64,000 nt of DNA from positions 62,001-126,000 of IMG/VR virus record IMGVR_UViG_3300041411_000129, one strand, 5' to 3'. Below the pieces are notes generated by a model, which saw nothing but the letters and a program-made list of their open reading frames with translations, had not been told where the DNA came from and did not search any database. Positions 30,486 through 41,647 of the stretch are shown here, piece by piece. Numbering within the stretch: position 1 is the stretch's first letter; every line of letters begins with the position of its first letter. A program made the translations under genes and the position numbers.

Positions 30486-32552
30486 TTAAGTCTCCGAAGA
30501 ACGACGGTTTTGCGCGATGATCGCCAGGTTCTCAACGGTGCGAGCGTTGTCACCAGCCATCTCGATATTCAGGTGCCACGAGAAGTTGCTCTGAGTATCG
30601 AACGCATCGAAATAAGCGTCCGGAGTCACGTCGACGCGGCCGTCGTACTTACCAGCAGTACGAGCGGTAACCTTGTCGTTTACCATGTCCAGGAACTGCT
30701 CATCGGTGAGCTGCGAATCACCGGACATTTCACGCCAGGTGATGTGCCCGATCCGCGTCAGGTTGCACGCGATGCACACGTTGATGTACGCATGCAGAAT
30801 CGAGGTTTGCTCTTCGTAGATCGACTGGATGCCGGCCCAGAAGAGGCGGCCCATATCGAAGTACTCGGCGTAGTTCATCCCGTTGTCCCAGTCGACCTGA
30901 CGCACTTCAGGCTCTTGGGTCACGACGTTGTGGTCGCGATAACGAGTGATGGTGTTCTGCTCACCACGGCCGAACGATTTCTCGTTCTTCATCTCACCAC
31001 CTTCAGCGCCCATGTACTCGGTGCCGAGGATCAAGATGTATTCCAGGAATGGAACGATGCCGTCGTACAGATCGTCGATCAGATAACCAGCCTGACCGAA
31101 TACGCAGAAGCGCAGCGCCTTGGTGCCGAACTCGGACGATTCTTGCTGCGCACGGAAGTGCGAACGCAGGGTGATAGCAATCGAGGAGTCTTGCGCCGGA
31201 GTGTTCAGCGGCTTCATCACGTCCTGGGTGCAGGTGTGAACGTAGACGTCTGGACGCGCGGTGTGGAATGCCGAGAACTTCAGCTTGGTGGCAACCGGGA
31301 AACCCGAATCCCAGACGGAGTCGTACGGCATGCGTGCGATGTCTTTGTATGGGACGCCATTGCTGCTGAGGTCGGTCAGGACGGTGTCCATCACGGCGTT
31401 GAAGCTGTCGTTACCCAGTTCACCGTCTGCGCCGCCAGTCATCCACAGGTTGGACAGTTCGCCCAAGAGGATGCCGCCGTCAGCAGGACCTTCAATGACG
31501 AAGGTATGGTAAGGGTTGCCGTTGATGTCGGTGCCTGTCAGGAAGTTGAACAGGTTGACATCTTTGAACTCTTCGGTGGTGTAATCCGACTCGGCCGTAG
31601 CCAGAGTGGTCAACAGCGCCTGGATGTTCGCATCGTAGAACGCGAACTTCTCGCAAGGACCCCAACCGGTGAAGGCTTGTGGATTGCTTGCTTCGTAGTT
31701 CTTCTTGATAACCTTTCCACCGTAGTACTCGGTGGAGGTCGCCAAGTCGATCGTGCCTTTCTTGAACGAGAAGTCCAGGAATGGCTGGCTACGCAGCGTG
31801 CGCTGCAAAGTAGCGGTCGAAGACTTGTTGGCGCGGTTCACGAACTGAACGCGATAGAGTCGAGCGCCCAGAGTGTCGGCCAGATCTTCATCAGCAGGCT
31901 GCTGCGACTTGGTAGTCGGAGCGATCAGACGCAGACCGATGTTGTTACCCTTCTCGCCTTCGAAGCGAGCCAGGCCGTCCCAGATTGGGATCTCTTTCGA
32001 GACCGCACCGTCGACGGTGGAAACCAGCAGGCCTTCTGCTTCAGCAGCAGCGCCGAAGGTCGATTCGCCTTGAGCGGTTTTGCTAACAGGCTTCCAGCGC
32101 CATTGAGCGCGGTGACCGGTTGCAGTTTCGCCAGTAGGAATCTTGGCGCCTTGGGCATCGAGCTTCAGGCTACCGTCGGTGTTCCGCTCGTAGAGAGGAA
32201 TCAGGTCTTCGACGACATCGAGAGCCAGGCGGAAGGACGCTTGTGCAGCACCCGGCGCAGGCAGACGAACGAAGATCGCTTTACCGGAAGCTTCGAAATG
32301 GCTACGGATGAACTGCGATTGGTGAGTGAAGAACGGAGACAATGGGTCCGTTACACCCGAACCGAACAGCAGGCTCAAGCCCGAGTCGTTTACGTAGCGA
32401 CCGTTACCGTACTCACCCCAAGGTGCGAACGATTGGAACAAAGGAAGACGAATCGGAAGGTTCTCGACCGGAAGGGTCAAGTTCGTTACCGTCTCGTCCT
32501 TAACGCCCCGGAACTCAGTCCGTGGCACGGAACTCAAACGACTTACAGACAT
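30486..32552 (-). CDS. contractile tail sheath protein (phiKZ gp29-like)
   Basis: 688 aa; PFFTHQ, GGADG and WDSGF motifs typical of phiKZ-like sheaths; paired with the tube gene. Confidence 0.85.
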   Translation of the reverse strand: MSVSRLSSVPRTEFRGVKDETVTNLTLPVENLPIRLPLFQSFAPWGEYGNGRYVNDSGLSLLFGSGVTDPLSPFFTHQSQFIRSHFEASGKAIFVRLPAPGAAQASFRLALDVVEDLIPLYERNTDGSLKLDAQGAKIPTGETATGHRAQWRWKPVSKTAQGESTFGAAAEAEGLLVSTVDGAVSKEIPIWDGLARFEGEKGNNIGLRLIAPTTKSQQPADEDLADTLGARLYRVQFVNRANKSSTATLQRTLRSQPFLDFSFKKGTIDLATSTEYYGGKVIKKNYEASNPQAFTGWGPCEKFAFYDANIQALLTTLATAESDYTTEEFKDVNLFNFLTGTDINGNPYHTFVIEGPADGGILLGELSNLWMTGGADGELGNDSFNAVMDTVLTDLSSNGVPYKDIARMPYDSVWDSGFPVATKLKFSAFHTARPDVYVHTCTQDVMKPLNTPAQDSSIAITLRSHFRAQQESSEFGTKALRFCVFGQAGYLIDDLYDGIVPFLEYILILGTEYMGAEGGEMKNEKSFGRGEQNTITRYRDHNVVTQEPEVRQVDWDNGMNYAEYFDMGRLFWAGIQSIYEEQTSILHAYINVCIACNLTRIGHITWREMSGDSQLTDEQFLDMVNDKVTARTAGKYDGRVDVTPDAYFDAFDTQSNFSWHLNIEMAGDNARTVENLAIIAQNRRSSET

Positions 32553-32705
32553 GTTGTACTCCCAGGAGCTAGTTCTGCGCAGAACTTCGAGGAATGGTAT
32601 GGTCAGCGAACTTCAGCCGAAACGCCGAAGTAAGCATACTATTTTTATTCCCGCTTTATGCAAACGAATGTAACTTTTAACTCACATAAGTAGGAGACGC
32701 GAACA

Positions 32706-33605
32706 ATGTTCGAGACCCCATACCAGACCACTCCATGTTCGCGGTTCTCTTTGGACGAAACCGCTGCTGCGATTCGGAAGCTGGAAATCAATGAAGAACT
32801 GGTTGGAACGGACTTCAGCACCCAAGGTGTGTTGCTTATTCCACCGGGTGTTATTGACATCAAACCATTCCAACAAGTGTTCACTCGCGTCCAGATTCCA
32901 TCCTTGCAAGCACCGGCTGTCATTGATGGCCGCTCGTTGATGCGCGCAGACGGTCGCTTCATTAAAGATGATGCTGCTAAGCACGCTATCTTGGTTGCTG
33001 ACTTGGTTGTGATGTGGTACACCCAAGAAACTTCCTTCAAGCGTGACATGTTGAACGTCGGTGATTTCCCAGCCAAGGTTTTCATCTCCTGGCTCAACGG
33101 GGCAATCAGTCAACGGATTGGTCTCGACCTTGGTCAAAGCACTTTGGTTCGAGCGATGATCGCAATCTACTACGTTCAGCTCTTTGGCCCACTGCCGGAG
33201 AATGCATCTGAGAACGACGTTGATCGTTTGATGGTTCGTGCATCCCGTCTGCTGCCGGCGATGGACCCTACAACTCTCCGCGGCGCACTGGGTGAGATTC
33301 CTTCACTCAATACGTTTAAAGATCTGATTTCATGGATCGTAAGAGTGTTGGATTCTCCACGAACTCACGACTTGACAGTGGCCTACGTCTACACTGCATT
33401 AGGAGCAAGCTTCGGCCCACTCCATCGTGAAGCCGTCGCCGTCGCCGTCGAATACCCGCCAATGTTCTTGGCGATGCTGTATTCCACCTGCAAAGAACGC
33501 AGCTATACCCGCACAGGACTTGGCCGGGTTATCGAAGCGGTAATCCGTCAGGGTTCCGATAAAGAATTCGTCAAGAGCATGAACCACCTTATCGGTCAGA
33601 GGTAA
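32706..33605 (+). CDS. virion structural protein (phiKZ gp28-like)
   Basis: MFETPYQTTPC N-terminus; synteny, divergent from the sheath. Confidence 0.65.
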   Translation: MFETPYQTTPCSRFSLDETAAAIRKLEINEELVGTDFSTQGVLLIPPGVIDIKPFQQVFTRVQIPSLQAPAVIDGRSLMRADGRFIKDDAAKHAILVADLVVMWYTQETSFKRDMLNVGDFPAKVFISWLNGAISQRIGLDLGQSTLVRAMIAIYYVQLFGPLPENASENDVDRLMVRASRLLPAMDPTTLRGALGEIPSLNTFKDLISWIVRVLDSPRTHDLTVAYVYTALGASFGPLHREAVAVAVEYPPMFLAMLYSTCKERSYTRTGLGRVIEAVIRQGSDKEFVKSMNHLIGQR

Positions 33606-33609
33606 GCAC

Positions 33610-36228
33610 ATGGTTAGTTCAACCGACTTTCTGGTTGATCACGCCTACCGGAATGCTTGGTGCAGTCCACGGCAAGATCGCCAGCACATCGTAGCACCGA
33701 CGCGGGTAACTAAACGCCAAGGTGCTATCGGTAACGTCAAGCTCGGGATGAAGACTTACAACCTTCCTTCGCTGGGCCAGTGGTATCACGTTTTCAACAT
33801 CGGCGACCTCCCACCTATCTTGGTGGGGATGAACACAATCGTCGATAAATGGGTATCGGTAATGGGGCAGTGTAATGCCACTTCATTACTGGTAGATCTG
33901 TATACCGAACTCGGTTTACACATCCCGGCCCACAGAGCATATTGGCTGTACACACATACCGGGCAGTTGGTCATCGCTATTTTGGATACCAAGAAGATCG
34001 CAAACCTCGGTATTGAGCAGCCGTATATCCGTTGGAGAAGCAACGCTTACTTCGACGAGGGTATCACGTTTCAGAATGACGGCGTCGAGATCGCAGGCCT
34101 TACGCCGACCACTCAGGCTCAGTATTCGCTATTCCAAGCGAAATGGCGCGATGCCAAACTGAAGCCTGGTTATGCGTGGGCTTTCGTCAACGGTGTGCGC
34201 GTTAAGGACATCAACCTGACTACCGCGAAGGTCGGGGATATCCTTGAGTACACCTACGACGCTTCGGTTAAGGTTGTTACTGAACTGAAGATCAAGGACC
34301 TCAAGTCGTTCTTGAGTATCCTCGATACCAAGGGTAAGTATCTGGTTCCGCGTGCTGGTGTTTCTGACATCATCGATTATTGCGATGACATCGACATCTA
34401 CATGCTGCGCTACCAATTGGCGCAAGCCTACACCGGTCACTATTACCACCAGAACCAACCGGACTCTGTTCGGATGGTGACTCATCGGGATTACTCGATT
34501 CCGCAGACCTATCTCCAACACTTCATCGATAACATCGACGGGTGGATCTGGAACGATGATCTGCGTCTGGAAGTGATTGTCCGGAATAGCGGCTGGACGA
34601 ATCGCCCTCTGGTTAACGAGGCGCATCGGATCAAGGAACTGTTCAAGCTTTCTGAGACTAACCGTCTGAAGGCAATGATCGGTGAGCAGTCTCTCGATAT
34701 CTGGCATGCAGCCGAACTCGAGAACAGCTTCTATCCGAAGATCATGCGCGCTGAGTTTGGTGGCATTGATCGTCCGATGGTCGAGAAGGCTTATGGGTAC
34801 AACGCGATCTCTAAACTGATCTGCGACGTGCCTTACAAGATTGCTGTGAATTCGCCATGGGTGGATCTTCCATTCGCAGTGACGCAGTTCTCGACTGTGT
34901 TTGAATACGACGCTTCCGGTCTGTTGCTCGGATGGTACGTTCACGATAACTCGATTCAGTATCCGGTCCACAATGCTGGAACGATGTACATCGAGAGCTA
35001 CGTTGGTCGTGGCGGCACCAAGTTGTCGACGGTTTACGATACCGACATGGTTAAGCTGGACTACGGCGTTGACTACCGGTTCTACGTTTGTGACATCTGG
35101 AACGGCGTTTCCAAGAACAACTGGAAGGACGTAACGGGTGACGATGAGTACTACACCATCTCTAACCGGGTGGTTAGTTGGCACATCGATCAGACGAAAC
35201 ACCACACGGCAATCCGTGACAGTAGAGACTTCCTGTGTCACACCCTCCAGTTGAACTATCGGGATGACCTGCTGACTCTCACCGTGAATATCGATGAAGT
35301 GTTGAGTGGACGTGTTCCGGTTACCGACGTGATGCGTGTTCCGCCTGGTCAGTTCGACGTGATCCTCAACAAGTACACTCTGGTGCCTGATATCGACTAC
35401 TACGTCGAATGGCCTGAGGTCTGCATCGTCAACAAGATGTATCTGAAACCGGGTATCATGCAGGACGTGACCATTCGTGGTCGTGGGTTCTGTAACCCTG
35501 ACATGACTTTGGAAGCGGTCGGTGATTCTGGCTTTGTTGCTTACGAGCAGCTCAGTCACAACGCTCGGTTTAACGTACGTGACGATAAGGTCTGCCGTAT
35601 CTCCATTGCAGGTCAGTTGTATACCCGTGAAGAAGTTGCTTTCAGTGAAGACGGGACAGTGCTTGCCACTGGTGTGAAGAACGGCACGCCGTACCTGATC
35701 ACTCACCCGGTGATTCCGATGATGGGCGTAACGGATACCGACACCTACACATTGAAGGCTGTTTCTGATGCCATCGATGAGAAAGTGGAAGGGTATCTCA
35801 CTCAGTACAGACCAGAACCGGTGCAACCTTTGCCGTCTGGGATGCCTGCTTGGTATTCGGTCTTCAGTCCTTTCTGCGCAAAGCTTATCTACGACATGCT
35901 TAACGGCATTTTGTTGATGGATGAGTTCATGGGTACTTATACCTTGCAGCAGGTGAAGGAGAAGTTGGTTGGTTACGAATGGATTCTCAAATACGACCCA
36001 GCTGTACGGGGCGTGAATGATGAATACGTCAAGATCGATCCGCATCCTGAAGCCGATGTCCTTGAGCTCAACATCTACCAGTATCGGTTCTTGGATCGGG
36101 CGGTCGAAGCTTTCCTCGACGGTAAGGTTCCTCTCAACCACCACTTGGTGATTGTAGAGCCTGGCTACGAGCATGAGCAGGACGATCACCCTCACCCGCA
36201 TCGTTCTTGGGACGAAGTGTCGGCATAA
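33610..36228 (+). CDS. virion structural/baseplate protein (phiKZ gp27-like)
   Basis: HAYRNAWCSPRQDRQ and VRMVTHRDYSI; synteny. Confidence 0.7.
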   Translation: MVSSTDFLVDHAYRNAWCSPRQDRQHIVAPTRVTKRQGAIGNVKLGMKTYNLPSLGQWYHVFNIGDLPPILVGMNTIVDKWVSVMGQCNATSLLVDLYTELGLHIPAHRAYWLYTHTGQLVIAILDTKKIANLGIEQPYIRWRSNAYFDEGITFQNDGVEIAGLTPTTQAQYSLFQAKWRDAKLKPGYAWAFVNGVRVKDINLTTAKVGDILEYTYDASVKVVTELKIKDLKSFLSILDTKGKYLVPRAGVSDIIDYCDDIDIYMLRYQLAQAYTGHYYHQNQPDSVRMVTHRDYSIPQTYLQHFIDNIDGWIWNDDLRLEVIVRNSGWTNRPLVNEAHRIKELFKLSETNRLKAMIGEQSLDIWHAAELENSFYPKIMRAEFGGIDRPMVEKAYGYNAISKLICDVPYKIAVNSPWVDLPFAVTQFSTVFEYDASGLLLGWYVHDNSIQYPVHNAGTMYIESYVGRGGTKLSTVYDTDMVKLDYGVDYRFYVCDIWNGVSKNNWKDVTGDDEYYTISNRVVSWHIDQTKHHTAIRDSRDFLCHTLQLNYRDDLLTLTVNIDEVLSGRVPVTDVMRVPPGQFDVILNKYTLVPDIDYYVEWPEVCIVNKMYLKPGIMQDVTIRGRGFCNPDMTLEAVGDSGFVAYEQLSHNARFNVRDDKVCRISIAGQLYTREEVAFSEDGTVLATGVKNGTPYLITHPVIPMMGVTDTDTYTLKAVSDAIDEKVEGYLTQYRPEPVQPLPSGMPAWYSVFSPFCAKLIYDMLNGILLMDEFMGTYTLQQVKEKLVGYEWILKYDPAVRGVNDEYVKIDPHPEADVLELNIYQYRFLDRAVEAFLDGKVPLNHHLVIVEPGYEHEQDDHPHPHRSWDEVSA

Positions 36229-36272
36229 ACCCATAGGGGGCGGGCAACCGCTCCCTCTACTGAGTCGAAATT

Positions 36273-37991
36273 ATGGCTGAGAATATCATCCCGTTACCGA
36301 ACGGTTATACGGTGATCACTGACCAAGATCGCGAAAAGGCGTCGGTGTTCAAACTCGCTGACCTCTACTCCTACAGACTCGTGGACGATGGCAGCGATGT
36401 TATTAAAGGCGAAGGCAAGTACGTACCGAACGTCGATGACCTGGTCATCATTTATGACCTCGGTATGTTTCGTGTTAGTCGGGTGGATTACACCAGTTAC
36501 GTCGCTGACCTAGAACTCTGGGAACTCCCCAAGTCTGGTGGTGATGTTGGCGTGGTCGATGTTCTGCTCGGTGTTGGCACGGGCTACACCAGCGAAACTT
36601 GGCGGGCAATGCTGGACACCCGCAAGCTGCCGTACACTCTGGACGTTGATGGTCGACTCCACATGTACAGCGATCTGGCGAAAGAATTCCGTGTCTTCAA
36701 AGGCATTGACATCACCCAGACTGGCGAAGTCATCAGTGCGTATTACAACGCATCGAACGAATACGTCAATGACGCTATCCCGCTGAAGACAGTTGGTACT
36801 GACGTTGTTACTAACCTCAATATCAAAGCTCCTACAGCAGGCTACAGCACCGTTGAGCTCGAAGATGGTGCATTGGTGACTGCTGTATTCTACAGCTTCA
36901 CTGGCGCGATCCTGAGCATCGCTAAGCTGTTGATCCACAACACCAACGTGGTCCGTCATCCGGATGATTCTGTCAAACGAATCAAATCGATCGAGATCAT
37001 CAGTCCGTATCTGTCGACGACTGAGCCGAACGTCCTGAACATCTCCATCTCTGCAACTGTGGCCACTCTGGCACTGCGCGGTAAGGTGACGTACATCGAT
37101 GGCTCGACTTCCATCCAAGACGTTGTGGATGAAGACTCGAACGGCAAGATGAAGTTGCTGGGCCTGAAGTACTGGTCCCCAACCATCACCGGTCGTTACG
37201 CCGACGTTACTCTGAGCTATGCTCCGAGTGAAGGTGAGGAATTCTCTTACAGTCAAGGCACCACATATGCCGGTACTGTGACTGTTCCTTATCAGATCCG
37301 TGGCCTGCCAGCAGATCCATCCTACAGCCTCAAGCTGTTCGTGTTCCCATCGTGGATCTCGAACCTGCAAGGCTACACGTTGGAATACTGGCTGTACGAT
37401 CTGAACCGTCAAGTCGCTCGTCGTGTGCCGAAAGCTGCGGTGGAATTGCACGAAGAGTCCATGCCGTTCGACGGACTGGAATACACTTCGGTGCAGACTC
37501 TGAAGTTCGGTGTGAACCTCAGCGTTGTCGATACCAGTTACGGCAGCAACCGTCATGTACAAACCGTGCAGATTGCGTTGCAGCGTGATGGTGGTCTTCG
37601 GGCTACCAACTGGAAAGTCAAGTTTGCGAGCAACCAACCGGGTTACTACGGTACTGGTGTCGAAGCAATCATCCGTGCTGGCAGCAGCGGCCTGAGTACT
37701 GTCAACTTGAAGTGCGGTGCTGTTGATAAGGATGCATGGCTGAAGTTGGTCTTCGAACCACTGCAAGCTCTGTACGATCCGCAAACTGAAGTGTCGGCTC
37801 CAGCTCCTACTCACTTCATCGTGACTACGAAGACTCGCGTCTACGAATTCCCGATCAGTCAGTGGGCGAACGACCTCACATTCATCAACGATCTGCTGGA
37901 AGGCGAGACTCTGTACGTTAAGTTCCTCAAACGTAACGTCTCTGGCGATCTGCAATTGGCTGTGGCTGGTTTCCCTACGCACTCGGTCTAA
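36273..37991 (+). CDS. virion structural protein (phiKZ gp26-like)
   Basis: YVPNVDDLV; beta-rich; directly upstream of terminase. Confidence 0.65.
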   Translation: MAENIIPLPNGYTVITDQDREKASVFKLADLYSYRLVDDGSDVIKGEGKYVPNVDDLVIIYDLGMFRVSRVDYTSYVADLELWELPKSGGDVGVVDVLLGVGTGYTSETWRAMLDTRKLPYTLDVDGRLHMYSDLAKEFRVFKGIDITQTGEVISAYYNASNEYVNDAIPLKTVGTDVVTNLNIKAPTAGYSTVELEDGALVTAVFYSFTGAILSIAKLLIHNTNVVRHPDDSVKRIKSIEIISPYLSTTEPNVLNISISATVATLALRGKVTYIDGSTSIQDVVDEDSNGKMKLLGLKYWSPTITGRYADVTLSYAPSEGEEFSYSQGTTYAGTVTVPYQIRGLPADPSYSLKLFVFPSWISNLQGYTLEYWLYDLNRQVARRVPKAAVELHEESMPFDGLEYTSVQTLKFGVNLSVVDTSYGSNRHVQTVQIALQRDGGLRATNWKVKFASNQPGYYGTGVEAIIRAGSSGLSTVNLKCGAVDKDAWLKLVFEPLQALYDPQTEVSAPAPTHFIVTTKTRVYEFPISQWANDLTFINDLLEGETLYVKFLKRNVSGDLQLAVAGFPTHSV

Positions 37992-38050
37992 GGGATACGA
38001 TCTAGGGAGGGCGACCTCCCTAGGTCACTATGCCGCATTGAGGACCAATC

Positions 38051-40237
38051 ATGACTCTTTTGTATTTAGACGACTGGGATAACAAATATCCCAACGCGAT
38101 TGCCGATACCCTAACGCGCCGTAAGACGTGGGTTCAGTTGGCAGCAAAGTACCAGAAGATGGGGGTGAGTAACTATTACTTCCACTTGGCTTTGCATAAC
38201 CCTCTCTTGCAGGGGGTCGATCCATATTCGGATGACTTGACTCCTGCGCAACAGCAGATGATCTTGCTCGAGTGTTCCGAGAACTTCTGGTACGCTTTAC
38301 GTGAGGTGATTCGTTTCCCGGATGCTGGTGGTGATCAGTATTTCCACTTGGATGCGAACCGTGGCAACATCGCCATGTTCTGGTGTATCTTCAACGCCTT
38401 TGTTACTTACGTACAGCAGATTCGTCAGACTGGTAAATCGCTGAACAGTCGGGCAATCATCATCCTGTTGCACATGTTTGCAGCTCAAGGTTCTGACTCC
38501 ATCCTCTTCACCAAGGGTGACTTACGTAAAGGCGAGATCAAGAACTACAAGGCTTATCGGGACGCTCTTCCGAAATGGATGTGGTACAAGGCGGACAAGG
38601 ACACGGATAACCAGTACGAATTCACCACGATGATGAATAAAAACATCACGTACTCGTACGTTCCACAAGGTTCTCCTGAGGAAGCGAACAACGTGGGTCG
38701 CGGTAAGACCCCTCGCTTCATCTACGGCGACGAGATTCCATTCTTGCCGTACGCTGCAATCTCTCTTCCTGCATTGATCGCATCCACCACGGACTCCTTC
38801 GATAAGGCGAGAGCTCAAGGTCTGTTCCACGGTGTTCTCTACACGACTACGGCCGGTGACTTGTCCACCGATTCTGGTAAGTACGTTTACGAGAAGATCA
38901 AGAAGAAGGCCATGTTCTTCAGTGAGGCTCTGTACGACGCCCGTAATCGTGCAGAAGCTATCGACATGATCATGGCGAACAGTAAGTGTGAATCCCGCGA
39001 TGCACCGTTCGTGGATATCTCGTTTAACCACTTGCAACTCGGTAAGACGAACGAATGGCTCCGCGGTAAGATCGCGATGGTTTCTGCATCTCGTGACCAG
39101 ATCGAACGAGACTTCCTTGGACGTTGGACTTTCGGTTCTGAGAGTAACCCGATTCCTGAGAAGATCCTCAACAAGATCCGTGACCACGCAACGCAAGCGC
39201 CACACGTTCAAGTTGAAGAGAAGTACAAGTACCACATCAAGTTCCAACTTCCACCTGAGGAAGTAAGGGCTCGTAAAGCTGTGATGGGTCTCGATACCTC
39301 TAACGCGGTTAACCGAGATGCCATTACTGGCGTGATGATCGATGTGGAGACCGGTGAGACGTTGATGACGTTCATGGTGAGTGAGATCAGTCTGTCTTAC
39401 TTCGCTTATTGGTTGGCTCAATTCATGGCCGACTTCCCGAACTTCACCCTGATTCCTGAGAACAAGTCCTCGTGGCTTGGTATGTTCGACATCCTTAACA
39501 GCCGTCTCCCGATGTTGGGTGTGGATGTGGGTCGTCGTATCTACTCGGATATCGTGGACAATGCTTACGGCTCTGATGCTGAGAAGCGCACCTACCGCGA
39601 CTACACGTCTGGTGGTAGTTCTGAGCGTAAGTACTTCCCGTTCCGTAACGACTTTGGTTTCATGACTACGGCCGGTAGTCGGGGCGATCTGTACATCGAC
39701 ATCTTGAAGTTGGCTACTGTTCAACAGGCTGAACTGATCCGTGAGCCTGCGCTTATCGATGAGCTGTCCAGTCTGGTGGAACGTCGCGGGCGAGTTGACC
39801 ACAAAGCCTCCGGGCACGATGACCATGTAATCTCATGGCTCATGGCTAACTGGTTCCTTCGTTTCGCTCGTAACTTGGATCACTACGGAATCGATCCGCG
39901 TAAAGTCTTGTCCCGTGTACGTTCTGTTACTGCCGGTAATGATCCTAAGGTCGTCGCCAAGAATCGTAAACGTGAGAAGCATGCGATTGATGTAGAGATC
40001 CTTGAAGCACGCATCGAAGGCGCGGCTACTCTGATCGAACGTCGTTACTTGGAAGCCAAACTCAAGTCTCTGATGTCTGAGGCTATGGGTGAGGAAGAGT
40101 CCGACGTAGTTTCGGTTGACCGGGTTGCTGTTAGTGAGAAGAACATTCAAACAACTGCTGCTCGTGGGATGAACCGAGATGGTCTGTTCGCAGCCGCTCG
40201 CAACATGCCTTTCCGTCCAGGCTTCAATCGTCGTTAA
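38051..40237 (+). CDS. terL: terminase large subunit
   Basis: Walker A RQTGKS, Walker B IYGDE, TTTAG motif, nuclease GLDTS and HDDHVISW. Confidence 0.93.
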   Translation: MTLLYLDDWDNKYPNAIADTLTRRKTWVQLAAKYQKMGVSNYYFHLALHNPLLQGVDPYSDDLTPAQQQMILLECSENFWYALREVIRFPDAGGDQYFHLDANRGNIAMFWCIFNAFVTYVQQIRQTGKSLNSRAIIILLHMFAAQGSDSILFTKGDLRKGEIKNYKAYRDALPKWMWYKADKDTDNQYEFTTMMNKNITYSYVPQGSPEEANNVGRGKTPRFIYGDEIPFLPYAAISLPALIASTTDSFDKARAQGLFHGVLYTTTAGDLSTDSGKYVYEKIKKKAMFFSEALYDARNRAEAIDMIMANSKCESRDAPFVDISFNHLQLGKTNEWLRGKIAMVSASRDQIERDFLGRWTFGSESNPIPEKILNKIRDHATQAPHVQVEEKYKYHIKFQLPPEEVRARKAVMGLDTSNAVNRDAITGVMIDVETGETLMTFMVSEISLSYFAYWLAQFMADFPNFTLIPENKSSWLGMFDILNSRLPMLGVDVGRRIYSDIVDNAYGSDAEKRTYRDYTSGGSSERKYFPFRNDFGFMTTAGSRGDLYIDILKLATVQQAELIREPALIDELSSLVERRGRVDHKASGHDDHVISWLMANWFLRFARNLDHYGIDPRKVLSRVRSVTAGNDPKVVAKNRKREKHAIDVEILEARIEGAATLIERRYLEAKLKSLMSEAMGEEESDVVSVDRVAVSEKNIQTTAARGMNRDGLFAAARNMPFRPGFNRR

Positions 40238-40239
40238 CA

Positions 40240-40270
40240 GCATAAAGCCCGGCTCACGCCGGGCCTTATG
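40240..40270. terminator. bidirectional terminator
   Basis: GCATAAAGCCCGGC-TCAC-GCCGGGCCTTATG between convergent genes. Confidence 0.75.
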
Positions 40271-40275
40271 TTCGC

Positions 40276-41532
40276 TTACTTCTCGTTGTGGTGCTTTGTG
40301 AAGGCACGCAGAAGAATGTAAAGAAGTACGGCGTTACGTACTGATGAGATCAAAACCTTGTTCTTGGACTTGATCGCAATAGTCGTAATCTCTTCAGTCA
40401 GCTCCCGCATCTCCAGAATCATCGGGTTGTTCGTACGAGACGCTTGATACAACGAGCGCATCTTACGCAACAGTCCTGGGATGTCAGAACTGGAGACCAT
40501 GGTCGATGGATTCTTGTTCAAGTAGTCGAACGCATGTTGCAGCGTAATCTCACAGATCCGCTGTACGCGCTTGTCAGCTCGAGGAGAGGCATTGTTGGAC
40601 ATGTACGACAGTGTGTTCACCAACGCGCTCTTAGGCATCGTAGGGACTGTCTTAACGATAACCTCGACCAACTCCGGGATGATGAAGTTGTTCTTATCGC
40701 TAATGATCTCCAACAGGTAACGGATGTAGCTCGAATACAACCGAGTCTTGTCGCGGATCTTGAGCTCACCATCGAGTTCGATCTGCGCATCCGAGTTACG
40801 GATCTGAAGAGTTGGATCATGCAGCACGGTTTCGAAGACATCCCGGATGTTCTTCAGGATGTCCTTGATACGGCCTTGGGTATCGTTGGCGATCTTGTCG
40901 ATGTCCTTATCGAACTTGACTAGGTGGTTGTACCACAGCGTCCCCGGACTCACGATATCCGCAGCACGTTGCTTAAGCAACTCACCCCAACTACCTGCTA
41001 CCTTAAGACCAAACCGTTTTGATAGCTGAGCGTAGGTCGCTTGGGCGACGATGGGATCGGCGTCCCAGGTAAACCAATTAGCGAGAATAGATGTGATATA
41101 CTTGTACTGGAGAACGAGAGCGCAAGCCATAGCGCCAGAGTGCCGATCGCCTTCATTGAGTTTATCTGCCGTCAGAAATTTATGGATCATCCAGAGGCAT
41201 GCCAAATTCATAACGTCGCTGGATACGTGCCGGTGAGTTACCACTTCTGGAAGAGCGTGTAGATCATCCTCGAGGGAATCCTCATCCACGTCCATCACTT
41301 CATCGAACCACTTGTTCCGGTCTTCATCTTTGAATCGAACCGGGTCAACGCCCATCAGGTTCCCACCGAAGAATCTGATGTGTACGTCATTCTTGTTTAC
41401 GAACCGCTGTTCGTAATCCATCACCTTCCGGAGAAGCTTCTGATCAAAGACAAGGTGGGAGCAATGTTGCTCAAACACTTCTTTGATATTGCGACCCGGC
41501 GCTGTGGATGGTCTGAGAGAATCTTGAATCAT
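40276..41532 (-). CDS. conserved chimallivirus virion protein (phiKZ gp32-like)
   Basis: FFGGNLMGVDPVRF and YAQLSKRFGLK..GSW; synteny with terminase. Confidence 0.6.
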   Translation of the reverse strand: MIQDSLRPSTAPGRNIKEVFEQHCSHLVFDQKLLRKVMDYEQRFVNKNDVHIRFFGGNLMGVDPVRFKDEDRNKWFDEVMDVDEDSLEDDLHALPEVVTHRHVSSDVMNLACLWMIHKFLTADKLNEGDRHSGAMACALVLQYKYITSILANWFTWDADPIVAQATYAQLSKRFGLKVAGSWGELLKQRAADIVSPGTLWYNHLVKFDKDIDKIANDTQGRIKDILKNIRDVFETVLHDPTLQIRNSDAQIELDGELKIRDKTRLYSSYIRYLLEIISDKNNFIIPELVEVIVKTVPTMPKSALVNTLSYMSNNASPRADKRVQRICEITLQHAFDYLNKNPSTMVSSSDIPGLLRKMRSLYQASRTNNPMILEMRELTEEITTIAIKSKNKVLISSVRNAVLLYILLRAFTKHHNEK

Positions 41533-41586
41533 CGAAGTCCCCACCCTGTTAGGGTTCTTTAGTCACAGGATACCTAACGCAAATTA

Positions 41587-41603
41587 TTATAGTCCTACAT
41601 TGT
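41587..41603 (+). promoter_or_regulatory. putative early promoter
   Basis: TTATAGTCCTACATTGT at the head of the early island. Confidence 0.65.
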
Positions 41604-41647
41604 AGAATCAGTATAACAACACTAACCGACCGTAGGAGGTCAACGCA

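Noticed and set aside
29619-32633. 1004-aa plus-strand ORF
   Set aside because: Antisense shadow of the sheath and tube genes caused by their codon bias; no RBS or recognisable motifs
34129-39826. Minus-strand ORFs of 701, 490 and 434 aa
   Set aside because: Antisense to structural genes and terminase
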